Assembly: GCA_016748015.1 (NCBI GenBank)
Contig: JAAOMT010000681.1
Location: 125,893-189,892, forward strand
DNA length: 64,000 nt
Direction: 5' to 3'
DNA from: Geosiphon pyriformis uo1
Lineage: Eukaryota; Fungi; Glomeromycota
The notes beneath the pieces are model-generated. The model made no database searches. It had not been told where the DNA came from and saw only the letters and a program-made list of their open reading frames with translations. The position numbers and the translations under genes are program-made. The first letter of the stretch is position 1. Each line of letters begins with the position of its first letter. This document shows, piece after piece, positions 40,906 to 54,436 of the stretch.

Positions 40906-41394
40906 AAGAAAGAGACATTTTAGGTTAGCATAGAATCCTGTATTTCATTCAACCCAATAAAAGATAAAGAAAATCTAATTGAGAATTTCACGTTTTCTGT
41001 TGATTCTCTCTTTGTTCTCAGTCGTTATAACATAATTCTTTTGAATGACAATTTAGGAAAATAATATATATTTTTTGTATTTAATAATCATTTAGAATAC
41101 TAAATATAAAAATAATAATAATGTTATTATTATTATTATTATAGTTATTGTTATTGTTATTGTTGATAGTTTTATTAAATTGGAACGACCCCTTGCTTTC
41201 GTTGGTTAGCTAAAGTGGTGCAAAATAAATTTTAGGGAATTCTAGAATTTATGACTATTGAGGGTGGCTGGGTGATTTTTCATGGAGATCCCCATCAATC
41301 ATATAAAAACCTATCGTGACGAGAAGAAAAAATCACGGAAAAAAATCCAAAAACCTCAATTTCTCTTTCAAATCGAACGAAATTATATTCTAAA

Positions 41395-41919
41395 ATGAAA
41401 AACTTTCAAATCTTGCTCGTATCAGTATTTGCAATTATTTTTGCCATCTTTGTCTCCACTTCTTCTGCTAGTAAGTTTTAAATTTATACAGTTTATCATC
41501 TCGCAACAATTAATTGATAATATAAATTAATTAAATTAATTCCAACACTTTATCACTCTCTCTTAACTCTTAACTCTGTTCTTTTTTAAACAGGTCCTAC
41601 ATGTCAAAACACTGTACAATGTTTTGCTTATCCTTCGTGTGCCTCTCACCAGTGCCCCTATGGCTGTAAATGTATAGTTATTGAACCCTCATGCGGTAGT
41701 TGTGGTGAGGCTAAATGTGTTCCTTTAGGTATTTGATAAAAATATTTTATTTTTAAAACATCTTGAGAATTATATAGTCATTAATTAAAAGGATTTGAAT
41801 TCTCTTATGAACTTAAATTAATAGGTTACGGAGGAGGGTGGTCATATGGAAAGGGTAAAGATTACGGTTACGGTTGGCAAACCAATAATTCATGTGATAA
41901 CCAGAGTGTCCTTTACTAA
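41395..41919 (+). CDS. Small secreted cysteine-rich protein (paralog 2)
   Basis: Exons 41395-41470, 41594-41728, 41825-41919, both introns phase 1. Product MKNFQILLVSVFAIIFAIFVSTSSASPTCQNTVQCFAYPSCASHQCPYGCKCIVIEPSCGSCGEAKCVPLGYGGGWSYGKGKDYGYGWQTNNSCDNQSVLY*. Confidence 0.85.
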
Positions 41920-43029
41920 GGATTTAAATATTGAATTAACAAATTGCTAGATTTTTTTACATTGATTCTCAACGGTGTTTTAAAAATTTCGAATAGTAGT
42001 TTTTTTGTTTACTTGTTTAGTTGTTTCACGTTTTGTATCTTGTGATATTAGGAAAGATAAATTTTTGAATTCTCAGATGTCGAGGGAATAAAAATATATT
42101 ATCCTAACGAAGGAACGAAGTGAAAATTCCCCCCGAATAGCTTTAAGAAGACATTTTTGTACTCCTTAATTACGCAATATTTCTAATAAGAAAAACTTTG
42201 TAGTTTCAACAATAAAGAAAAACTTTTTTTCATATAAAGAGACAATTTAATTAATTAAAGAGAATATGACTCGAAGAGTACATTGATCATTTGAGTGCAT
42301 TTCTTTGTTAAAAAAACAAAATACACCCCGCGTTCACTTTTATTTATTATGGTACTATGCCAAATTTGATACATGTACTTGATCGACTCTTACCGCTGCT
42401 TCCATATTGTGATTGGGGTTTCACAGGGTTAGAGATACTGCCCATGATTAGAACGTGAAAATTTTGACTAGACTAAATAAGACAATAAATTTCTCATCGC
42501 CTCACACAATACTAGTTTTTGAAATTTTGATTAGTCACGATCAGATATAAAATTAATGACTTTCTAGCTTCTTTCGAATAAAAGGAAGTTGCTTGATCAA
42601 ATTTAACATAGCTACTACTTGCAGCTTCAAAAAGATCCTCTGCTTATTTCAACTAGGCTTAGACCATAAGAATGGAGTAAGTTTTAAGAAAATTAATTTT
42701 TGTTTCCCTATTTTTCTATGATGCTTTCTCAACCTCCAATTGTTTTGACTTGATCTTGCAAGATCATTAATGAAAATACATGACTATTCTGAAGAAATTC
42801 GATTTTTCTTTTCATAATTAATTTTTTACAAGCGATTCATAATTATTAACTCCCCGAAATTATACCAATTACCTTTTTTTTTACACGTTTAGAATGATTT
42901 TCTAGGTCAATTTGAACTTGCAATTGATTTAATGTTTCTTATTCTTATTCTATCTCATAAAGGCAACAGTTATATTTCAAATTTTTAAGATAGAAGAAGT
43001 TTACTTGATGATCGCATAATAACATGAAT

Positions 43030-43064
43030 TTACTGATTTAGTTCATATATAGCTCCTCTTAATT

Positions 43065-43095
<31 letters not shown>

Positions 43096-43494
43096 ACGGC
43101 CCCTAACACCCTTGTCTCGTCCTCTACCCCTTCTTCTCCCATTCGAATTAACCCGGCCAAGGTTACCTTCATCTTCATCCTCCGGATCTATACACTCATA
43201 GCTTCCACAATCATAACACGTTTTTGCAATATCTACGCAAATTAGGGATGAAGAACACGGGTTAGATAAACAGTGGTCAATTGTTGGGCATACGGTGCAC
43301 ACGGCTATTTAGGGGTAGTTTAGAGAAAAGCAAGAAACAAAAAATTTAAACGCGAATTACAGCAAATCCTCTTATCGAGAATTTTATTCAATGAATAGAT
43401 TTTAATCTAGCTCAGAAGTTGGATGGCTGTTGCAGGCCAGGAAAATACAGAGAAAACGAAAAGATTTTGAAAAGGAAGCTAAGCGTGATTTCAT
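43030..43494 (-). pseudogene. Small secreted 8-cysteine protein (paralog 3), first splice donor apparently mutated
   Basis: Exon 1 43494-43416 (MKSRLASFSKSFRFLCIFLACNSHPT) is in phase with the acceptor at 43305-43306 only if CTGAGC at 43415 was GTGAGC. Exon 2 reads VCTVCPTIDHCLSNPCSSSLICVDIAKTCYDCGSYEC plus an acidic then Gly/Arg-rich tail. Confidence 0.65.
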
Positions 43495-43730
43495 AAAATC
43501 CGCACATTTTTCCAGAGAATTTCTTGCGTTTCAAGTTTCAAAGGAACACTGATTAATATCGTAAAGGTGGAACTATCTTAAATATAAGTTTGTCTTTGTT
43601 TGATGGTACATTTCTTTTGACCAAAGGATTTAGGGACTACTTAAGTCAAAACACGAAGTACAACCTAATTATTTCTCGCTGAATTACATATAGAAATTAT
43701 TAACATATTATATAATTCACACATCTAATA

Positions 43731-43804
43731 TACCGTAAAATCCCGAAAATAAGCAACCCCTCACATTATCTACTTTGGACCGAATTCCAAAGGACTTTAC
43801 GGTA
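43731..43804. mobile_element. Miniature Tc1/pogo-type inverted-repeat element (~70 bp) with TA target duplication
   Basis: TA-CCGTAAAATCC...GGACTTTACGG-TA: an 11-bp inverted repeat with one mismatch, flanked by TA on both sides. Confidence 0.6.
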
Positions 43805-46800
43805 CATAATTTTTAAGCTTGAATCATTAAAGAAAGTTATCTTTTTCGGGAATGTTGAGTTTGAATTCAACCCAAATAGAGGCACAAAAAAGTTCAAATT
43901 CTCATTCTTTAAAATGAAAATTCATTCATTTAATCATTGTCGTTCTTATGTTTCTTTCGTATCCCGATAGCGTTGTTTAATTTGCGCATCGTTCTGTTTA
44001 GAAAATTAAACAATAAAAATACCCACCATCAATTACCACGATAACGCCTACTTCAGGAATCCCAGCACCAACAACAAGCTTTTAATATTAAAAGATCCTT
44101 GCAGAATGATTCCCAACATACAAGAAAATGCATCTTGATTACTTAACGGTAAGTATAAGCAATACGGGGTTTTTGCCTAATTGAGAATAAGCTCAATTTC
44201 CATGACAGGGAATGTTCAATCCTCTTTTGAGCCAAACCTCAAGCGGTCATGAAAAGCAAGGGCAACTATGAGCTGCCTGGTTGTTTGCTATACTAGCCTT
44301 TATTGACTCTTGTCATTAACAAGTATTCGTTTGGTATGGAAGATGAATTCGGAAATCTGTGCACGCTCAACTGAAGTCACGGATCGTAAAAATCCACACT
44401 GCTTTTGGATCTTGTGCAAAAAAGAATTATATGAAGCTAATTGATTCATCAGAATTGTCATTATATTTTGGGATAATTGGCACCTTAAAAAAATTTTTTT
44501 TAATTTTCCCTGACACCACGTGTCAAATAAGATCCCCATTATTCGATTAATAAATGTTCACTAAATCGTATTGAAAATGGTTAACTCTTTTTTCAATCAA
44601 ACAAATCAGACGGGTTTAAATTGTATTACACGACGCCCAAATCTTACATTTCATTGAGCAGGTCGATCTAGTCTCGTAACACTTGAGATTTTCAGCCATT
44701 CTGATTTCGGAAAATATGATCAATATTGATTTCTTATACCTGAAATGATTTGTTTATTTTGGGTTGGTTGCACTAGCATAAAACTTACATTCTAATTTGA
44801 GAATTAAAAGCTTTAAATATAGCGCCTAAATCTTAAAAGATTGTATCAATTAAGAATTTCAGAATGGAGGATATTTTTATCATTGATTTGCTGCTTTAGA
44901 TTTTCGGTAACACATTGATGGAAAAGACGATAAAAAGCTTTGATTTTTAATTAAAAATTAAATTTATTCCAAAAAGAATTTTCTTGGAGCAGATTTCATG
45001 CCCTCAAGAATTAAGCGCTAAATAATAATGGTTAGATAAGCATAAAGCAACCGATATACTTTTATTTAATTCCAAAAAATCCAAAAACAAATAAACATCT
45101 TTGCCAAGTTGCTTTAACAAACAAATGTGATATTTTTTTATTTTTAAAACCTAAGTAGTAGTTTGGCTATTTTATTAATTCAATTTTGAACAGTCAATAA
45201 TCTAAAAATATTATTGCTAAACATTTTTAAAACAATTGAAAAAAGTCAAACACATTTTTAACTTAACAAATGATCAATTTTTATAGAAATATTAAAAATC
45301 AAGATTTACATAATAATTGATAAGAATTATTTTAATAGTAATGTTAAAAAATTAAAAATAAACAAGCTGTTTATTATCTTTACTGATGGTAACAGATTTC
45401 TGGATAATATTTGAATTAATAAACAACTTATTTGCTATTAATAAACAAATTTTTCATTAAAGCCCAAAAAAGGCTATCAATAACATAGTTTTGGTGCCTT
45501 ATTTTTTCAACAATAAATGCAAAATCCACTCTATTGATTATAGAAACTTGATGTTGATTAGCTTAATACCAAATAAATAAATTAACTAAAGCTCAATTTT
45601 AATGTCTGTAAAAAAATCGATTGCTATTAACAAATAAAATATTAAATTATTTTAGTTTTTAACCATGTTACAAAATATAATAATTCATTAAAAAAACAAT
45701 GCTAAAAATATATAATTTGAAGTACTAGCTTCAATAATATATGATTTTTAAAATTCCAAAACATTTAAAATATTATATTTTGTTTTTTTAAGTTTTTGCA
45801 AAAAACCACTTTAAAACAAACAAAATATGAGTATTAAAATGTTAATTTTGGTATAAATCTATAAAGATGTTAACCAATATAAAAAATTCGATAATCAAAA
45901 ATTTAATTCATACATGTTTTATTTTTTAACAAATAAAATAATTGCTTTAATAAAAATTTAAAATGTTGAAGAAAATTTAAATTATTAATTTATCGGAAAA
46001 CTGTCAATTTCATTAAAAATTCATAAATTGGTTTATTTGATCAATATAACAATTATGTAATTGATAGTTAAGCAGAATATTTGCTTTTTTATTAAACCTT
46101 TGTATTTAGGTAAAAATAGTATTAATTTTGATCTTAAATGAATAATTGGTAATATATAAATATCGAATTTTGCTTAAAAATTCAAAAAAATAGAAGCTTT
46201 TTTTAATGAATGTAACTTAATTAATTGTTTTTAAGAAATATAATTATAATTAATTTTGAATTACGATATTTTTTGTTAACTAATAAATGAATTCCAAAAT
46301 AACTGTTTAAGTAAATTAATAATTAGCTTTTCTTGATCATTTTCAATTTGACTTTGCAAAAAAGTAACTTTACAACTGATTGTTTTAAATACAATATTTT
46401 TTTAAAAAACTGATTGAATTTTAAATTTACAAATTTTATTAATTAAGAAAATACAATTTTCTTGTATAAATATGAATAAGCTGAAGTTTCAATATTTAAA
46501 ATCCTAAATTAGAAATTGAATTTAATGTTTTTGAATAAAAGTTTATTAATATTGTAAATAAATTTCATATTTTTAAGCTAATTTTCATTTGTCAAAAAAC
46601 TTTTTTAAACTAATTGCATTTATTGTTAAAATTAGTTTTTAATTCAAATTGTTTTATACAAATTTAATATTTGATTTTTTTTCGTTTTTTTGTTTAATTA
46701 AAAATTAAAATTAAAATTTATTCAATTTTACAAATTTACAAATTTAAAAGCAAACTTTTGATTATTGTTTAAGTCTGAAAATAAAACAAGTAACACCAAG

Positions 46801-49800
46801 TTTGATAAAAAATGTTTTTGAATTAAATTATTTTTTTAAAATTTTCATTTAAATAAAAAACAACGATGCAAAAAGAATGATCTATTTATTTATATTATAA
46901 AGAATTTTTTGAAAATAAAAAATTTGATCACTAGTTTTGAATTCATTTGCAGTATTAATAGAACTTAAGTCAAAAACATTATTCGATTCAACTTTATATT
47001 GTTGTTCTTTGAATTTTAAGTTTTAGCTTGTTTTATGAATCCACATTTGGATAATGATATCTTCTTTAGCAAACTTAAAATTAAAGTAATTAAAAAAAAT
47101 ATTGTATTTGGAACAATGCTGTATAAAATCAATTTTTAAACATTCAAATTGAAAATTATAAAAAAAATGGTTAAAACTATTATCAAAATTTTTAGATACT
47201 TTGTTATTTAATTTTTTTTGATTGATTACAACAAATTTTATTATAATGTAATTCTTTACATTCAAAATTAGATTCCCTGACTATGTTTTTGATAATTTTG
47301 AATAGAAAATCTTTAAAAAAACCAAAATCATTTCTATAGCATATACTAATAAAAACATTGATAAAAGAATTAATTTGATTTTTAAATTTTGTAAAAGAAA
47401 TAAATATTTGTTTTAAAAATTTTTTGTTGAAACCTAATAGAGAAAATAATGTCAATATCATTTAAAAAAAAATTTATTTAAAAAAACATTGACAATTGAA
47501 AATAATATTGCTAAGAATAATTTTTACAAATAATAATAATTATTGATAATGTATTTATAATTATAATGTCCAATAACTTTAAAATTAGATGTAATCTCTA
47601 TTATTTAATAAATTTCTGTTTTTAATAGACAAGCTATGGATATATTAAACTTTCTGTGTGAATCAAAGTAAAGATGAATTTATTCAAATGATAATTTTTC
47701 AAATAAATTAAATTAGAGCTTAGCTTAAATTTAAATGAACGGATTGGTTTCTAACAAATTAATCAAAACTGAATTAAAAATGTTATTTTTTCCAAAATAT
47801 TCTAATAAAAAATTTAAATAAATAGTGTAAATTTTTCTTTGGATTTTTCGACTTTTTTAAATAAGCTATTAAAATTTTGTTTTTTATAAAATATTGTTTT
47901 GATTAGTTAAAAAATTATTATTTTATAAAAACAGCATTGTAAATATTTCAAATAATTTTTAATATTATTATAAGCTTCTGAACTCATGATTAATGTATAA
48001 GCTAGATATAAATAAACTTGTCTTATTTTAAAAAGACTATTAATATTTTCATAAAGTATTTCTGATTTCAAATAAACAAAATAATTGTAATTAATAAGAT
48101 TTATTTTATATCAAACTTTCTAAATAAAATTTTGCTGTATTATATTGATATCTTCTTAAGTACATACTTTATCTGTGCATACTCTTTTTATAAACTGGTC
48201 TCAAATTAGGAACTTAGAATCAAATGAACATCTTTTATATTTTACATATGCAAATAATTTTGAGTTTCAACTATATGAAAATGCTCTTTATAAATTTATG
48301 CACATGACAATTGTATATTAATAACAAATTAAAAGTTTCTGATTGTTTATTAGATAATAATAATATAATATTAGATCTAGTTTTGATTGGCTTGGTAATT
48401 AGTTACGTATAAAAAATGCAACAGTTTATATTTACTATGAAACAATATTTATTTTATTATTGGCTATGCTTTAAATACATATTCTTTTTAAGTACATAAA
48501 TAGAGTTGGTTTTAAAAGCATGTACTTATAAAGATATTGTAATAACCGTTTAAAATTAATATTGTTTGAATTTTTTTTCTAAATACTATTGCAGTTTTTA
48601 ATTTAGTGGCTGAGTTTTTTTAACAAATTTGTGTATTCTTATAAACAATTATTTTTTTAATTATAATTTAATTAAAATAAAATAAAATAAAATAACACCA
48701 AATATTTAATAAAAACAAATAGAATTTTTTTCAACATTTAAATAAAACAATTGTTACTTTGGTTTTAAGAGTTTTAAAAACAGTTTGTTGTTTTACAATC
48801 TATTTACATTTTAAATTTTTTTTATAAAACTTTTATAATAAAAAACTAAATATAAACCATTTTTAATTTTATCTTAAAAAATAATATGGTTTAAAAAATG
48901 CAAAGCTTTTTTTATCAAAGTAATTTGAATTTTAAAATTATTATTATCTTAAACAAAAATGTAATCATATTTAGATATTAGCTGTTTAAGTTGTTTTTCT
49001 TAGCTTTTTCTATATTAATTTAAAATAATTTTTAAATATAAAAAATAGCTAATAATTCTTTAAAAACCATTATATAAATAATTTTAGGATTTATATTTAT
49101 TGAATAAATGAATAGAATAATTTAAGAAATATTAAATATTATTCCAACTAATTTGTTTATTTAAATTAAAATTTAATTCATAGTAAGAAATTTGAAACAA
49201 ATATGGGCTTTTTGATATGCTTTTAAAAATAAATTTGTGACTGTTTATAATAACTTAAATATTTGATATATTTTATTTTAATAATAAAAATGTTGTTAAT
49301 TGGATTGTAGAATGACATGTAAGACCAAATTATTGGTTTTACATTTTTGAATTAAGAATACTTATTGGTAATTAATATTTTGTATTATTTTCAATTTCTT
49401 CAACTGAATTTCCTTTGATAAAACTAAAATTTTTTAGAATAATAAATGTATTTTTTAATATTTATTTTGTTTTATAAATATTAACATCTATTTATCAAAT
49501 TTATTTAATGGAAAAAGTAAATAGCTATATTGTGTAAAAAAATATTTAATTTTTTGACTTTGTATAATTCAATTGTTACTTCTATCTGACAAATTAATAG
49601 TTAGCTATATGTTAAACAAACGTGTCTTGAGCTTTTTTAATTAATAAATCGTGAAATCCAAGATTTTCAATTTTTTAATTTCGAAAAGATTGAATAAGTT
49701 TTATTTTTGTTCATAAATAATTTTATATTAAAGAGTTAATTTCAGCATGATTAAAACAAATTAAGATATTTTAGAGCTTGTTTTTTATTTTTAAAACAAG

Positions 49801-50941
49801 TGATCATAAAAATTTAAAATGACTTTTTATTTCCAGTAAATTAAAAAAGACTAAATCTGATTTTCTGACCGTTGCAAACTACTTTTAATTTTAATAAAAG
49901 CCTAAAGTTTAAAATTAATTATATATGAGTAATATTCTTAATTAACTTAAATTTGACATAATTATTGCCTAAAAAGTTATTTGAGTTTTTGAAGCACATT
50001 TTATTTATAGAGGAAATTCTTTATAGGCAAGGGGATGGTAATTATAATATAATAAAATTATAGTTCACTGTAGGAACATTTCTTTAGTTTAACTTCACAA
50101 ATTTTGCAATCTTGATATCAAGATTTTTAATATGATTATATATATAATCTTTTAAAACCTTGGATAAAGATCTTAAATAATCTTAAAATAAATAAAGAAA
50201 TCTGTTTGGAATACAAAATAAATTTATAAAAAAGTTAAGTAATCAAATATTGAAAATATAACAATTTTGTTTAAACAATCATCGATCGCAATGACAATAT
50301 TTTGAATGTTCTTTGCTTGAAAAGTTTTTCTGATTAACCAAATGTCTCAACGGCTAATATTGAAAGAAGTGAAATCTTGGGATTTGGAAATTATAGTTAA
50401 ATTTTTTAGTTGCTATTTGGATAGCATTAAAGAAAATTTAGTGTCAGCCAGGAACTCAACATCAGATTTTTTTGAATCAAATTTGCTTAAGCAATCACAA
50501 TTTTCTTTTTTAATTGATTACTCAGGTTTAAAGTCACTAAATTATCTGTATACTGTTATGATTAGACTAACCCGCCTTTTTACTTTTAACACACTACTTT
50601 AAAAAGCTTTTTTACATAGGTTGTTATTGTAATTATCAAACCAATCAATTTTCTGAACTTGCAAATGTTTAAATTATAAGATTATTATACATAAAATAAT
50701 AAGAGGGGTTAGATTATAAATTACTCAACTTATCACAAACTGGAATTCCTAAAGGTATCACTCCTGACACTTTTTTTTTTATGAAGCAATAGTTGCTGGC
50801 AGTGCGAAGCTTGTATTTATTTGGAAAGCTTTATTCTTTCAAAAATTCAGAAAACTTGTTACAATGCTAAATTTAAATAATACCAAAGATGCTAAAGCTA
50901 CCTAAAATACTAATAAAAGCCTTGTGGAAAAATATTTGCTT

Positions 50942-53049
50942 TTAACTTTGGTCTTGGACAATTTTGCTTAGTAACATAGCCTCGGTTTCGGGATGCCTCG
51001 GAATGACTCGGACTTTAAAAGGATTAGGAAAGACCTAGGAGAAGTGGTTAAATCAATAGGGATAGATTTCCCAGTTGCATCTTGATTTGGATTTTCGAAT
51101 TTGAAAGCCCAAAGTAATGTACTCGAGAGATAAAGTAGTTCGACTTCAGCCTATTTGAGGTTTTTTTTAAAAAAGAAAAATTAGATCTTTGTTGATCTCT
51201 TTTGAAAGATATTATAATATACATTCTAACTTACTAAATAAATTCCTACACATAATCGTCTCCCCGCCGAAAATGTATAATGATCCCGATTTTGATAGGA
51301 ACCTTTTGCCGAAATGGCGAAAACTTCTTTTGAATTCATAAATCGATCTGGATTGAAAATATTGGGGTTTTCGTACCGATTCTTGTCAGAGTTCAAGGCA
51401 TAAATATTGGAAAAAATTGTTGAATTTTTTGGAATTTGATAACCCATATATGTATCATCTTGTTTAAGATATCTAAAGGCCATTGGGGCCTGGATAAACA
51501 GAGAAATCATTCATGAGTTTTTGAAAAAGCAAAAATTTAGTAATATCGAAAAAAAATATAAACCGAAGGAGCCCAACGAAGAGTTTCTTTAATAAGCGAT
51601 TGGATATATAGAAGGGAACTAAAGTCGGAAGTAGTTGGCAAACGTTCATGCCCAACTACTCTATTTAATTCTTCATGAGCTTTTTGCTGAAATTCTGGAT
51701 TATTGGCCAAAATTGCAATAAGCCAATGTATAGTAGTTGCCACGGTTTCCTATTTTTTATGTATAAAAAAATGATGTTAAAAGGTCAATATTTTTTAGAA
51801 AAGCAATTAGATTAATATAATTTATAATTTATAACGTACTGTTCCTGCCAATAAAAAATCTTCACACATTTTAATTACATCTATTTCATCAATTAACCCT
51901 TCATCCTGCTTCTTCAAAAGATCTTGAGCAACAGATGGTTTCTTTTCTGAATCATTTTTTACACTTTTTAACAAGCCTCGCGTTACTGCTTCCCATTCTT
52001 CACGTAATCGAAGAACTTTTGTACGCTCACTTCGGAAGGGAGGAAACCAATATAAAATTGGGTACTGATTTGGAACCATATTTTTAACTTGCAACCGTTC
52101 AACGTATGTTGTAAAGAATTGATCTAACTTTATATAAAGGGAATCTTCAAAATTTTTTAATTTAATTGCAAAAAAAATATTAATCATAATATTAAATGAT
52201 GTGAAACGGAGGTAGTTTGTAAAATCGATTCCTTCTGATTCATTAGCATCCTTTAAAACCTTGAAAATTAGGTCGTGGGTGCATTCTGCTATATGGCTAG
52301 AGTAAGATTCGACTTTTCGTTGATTTAAAATACCGTGTGCTTTTGAAGGTTAAAATTAAATAGGAACTCAGAAAAATATTATTAAAAAAAAAATCAAATC
52401 AAAAGCAAAGATTTGTTTTTTAACCTAATGGCGTTATTTTTCTATACCATTCATTATATGGTGAAAAAAAGAAACTTTTGTTGCGTCCCGCAAGGTTTAA
52501 CATCAAATGATTATATGGACGTGAAGAATAAATCGCACTTCCTAAACATTGATAAAATGATAAAATGATTAATTTGGAAATAATTATAAACTCTTTGATA
52601 ATAATAAAAAAGAAGAGTCACGTTTTTGAAGAAGTTCGTCAACGACTTTAGGATGGTTAAGATAATCCAACGCATAGGACCAACATGGATCATATAAATT
52701 TCACCACACGTTTCACTCCATTCAGCATACCTATAAAGAATCAATGTATATTGACAAAATGAGTGATTTCAACATGTACAGTAATTCTAATAAATATGAA
52801 ATTAAAAAATGATTCAAACTTTTTATGCATTTCCCTTTGCAGCGAAAAAAGATGTCCTAATCAAATTTCACTCAAGTCAAAAATTTGGATTTTTTTGTAA
52901 AGAAAATAAATCAAAATTTTACCAAAAATTGGAATACCGCCTGGCGGTACAGGCAATTGCTTTCCAACATTGATTTTTGAATTCGAAAATACGATTTTTT
53001 TATAAAAGTAAAATGCGGCAATTAAGGCAATGATGTATAAGAAAGCCAT
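50942..53049 (-). pseudogene. Cytochrome P450 (CYP64/CYP2-clan-like), multi-exon, at least two frameshifts
   Basis: N-terminal anchor + PVPPGGIPIFG, YSSRP, I-helix AGT(ET)VATT, KETLRW (ExxR), FNPDRF and heme motif FSAGRRLCVG. A base is missing at ~52657 (WIIL[N]HPKVVDELL), and there is a frame break before PNPFKVRVIPRHP in the last exon. Confidence 0.85.
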
Positions 53050-53681
53050 AGTAACTCAAATATTCAGAATCTCTTGTAAATTATGCCTTTAGGTTCAGAG
53101 GAAACTATTTATTTTATCTCGATGTTAAAAGTGTCATGGAAGCGTTTTTATTGAAAGAGAGCTAAAATCTTATTTCAGGGTAAGTAAATAAAATACTTTT
53201 GGGAATTTCTAAAAGCCCACATTTTGTTAGTTTGGATCGACCTCGGAGGAAGCTAATAAATAACCTCAGCTATTTTTTGCGATCGATTTCAAAATTAATT
53301 TCCTGATCAATTATTATTAAAACAATCAATGAAAAACTGGATATCTTATTTATTTCCCTCTCTGATTAAGTGATGTTTGACGAAAGAAGAGATAATTTAT
53401 GAATTTTTTTATTTCGGCCAAAAATAGTTAACTGAGCGCTGAGTCGATTTGCTAGTACTGATTCTCCCTTATCTTTTTATGAACAACTCCGTTAATAAAT
53501 CTTTCCTTCTTTGCCTTAAATTATATTTCTTACCGATTTCATCCTGCAATTTCGTCCACCAAAATTAAAAAGTGTCACTTATTTAATTATCGGGTACCTT
53601 ATATTTCAAACTCTATCAATAATAATACATATATTTATTTTAGGATATCAAATACCATCTGCCACGACTGATAATCAATAC

Positions 53682-53712
53682 GAATCATCATCATCATCAT
53701 CATCATCATCAT
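53682..53712. repeat. (ATC)n microsatellite
   Basis: Direct reading of the sequence. Confidence 0.9.
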
Positions 53713-54436
53713 GTTTAACAAATATGAACAAGTTTATTTTGATCAATCTGATAATTAAAAATTGGGATTTGTAATATTCAAAGAAACAGATTTGCGTTTC
53801 AATAGAATATTCGAAGTTTTATTAATATTACCCCATTAAAAAATATATATATATATTTCAATACTTTACTCTGCTCTTACTAACGTGTACTTTCAAAGTA
53901 AAAGAGTTGTTATCAAAACTAAAGTCTGTAGTTTATACCTTTTTACTTTATTCTTCCGGAGATGTATATAGCTTTAGAATTAAGATCCAAACTTAAGCAC
54001 AACTTACTTTAATTATTGTTCAGATATCTTATTTATCATGTTTTCTGTGAGCAAATTAACTTGCATTCTGTACGCCATTATTATTGGTTATTAATCTTCA
54101 AAATAAGTAATTAGCAACACCATAGTTGAGAGCATACTAAACTAATAGATTATTAAAGTATTTATATATGAAAAAAATTATTTCTAACCAATAATAAAAT
54201 CTCTAAACTATATAATAACTATTGTGAGCTTTTTTTTTGCAATTTCTTTTGGCCTCATATCTCTTTTTTCTCTTTTTTGTTTTATTTTATAATTATTCTT
54301 TATACGCTTCGATTAAATGAAATTCATTAAAATAATACGCGTGATTATATTCAGATCTCGATCCTTTATTATTTGTTGATTGCTTAAAAATTTTGATAAA
54401 ATTTTAAAAACAAGAAATAACCTTCTTTGTCGATAG

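Noticed and set aside
44030-44550. GC-richer patch with short ORFs and splice-like signals
   Set aside because: I could not build a consistent reading frame or assign a family.
45100-49600. Long AT-rich tract as a specific transposon family
   Set aside because: It is probably decayed repeat DNA, but no domain or terminus could be supported.
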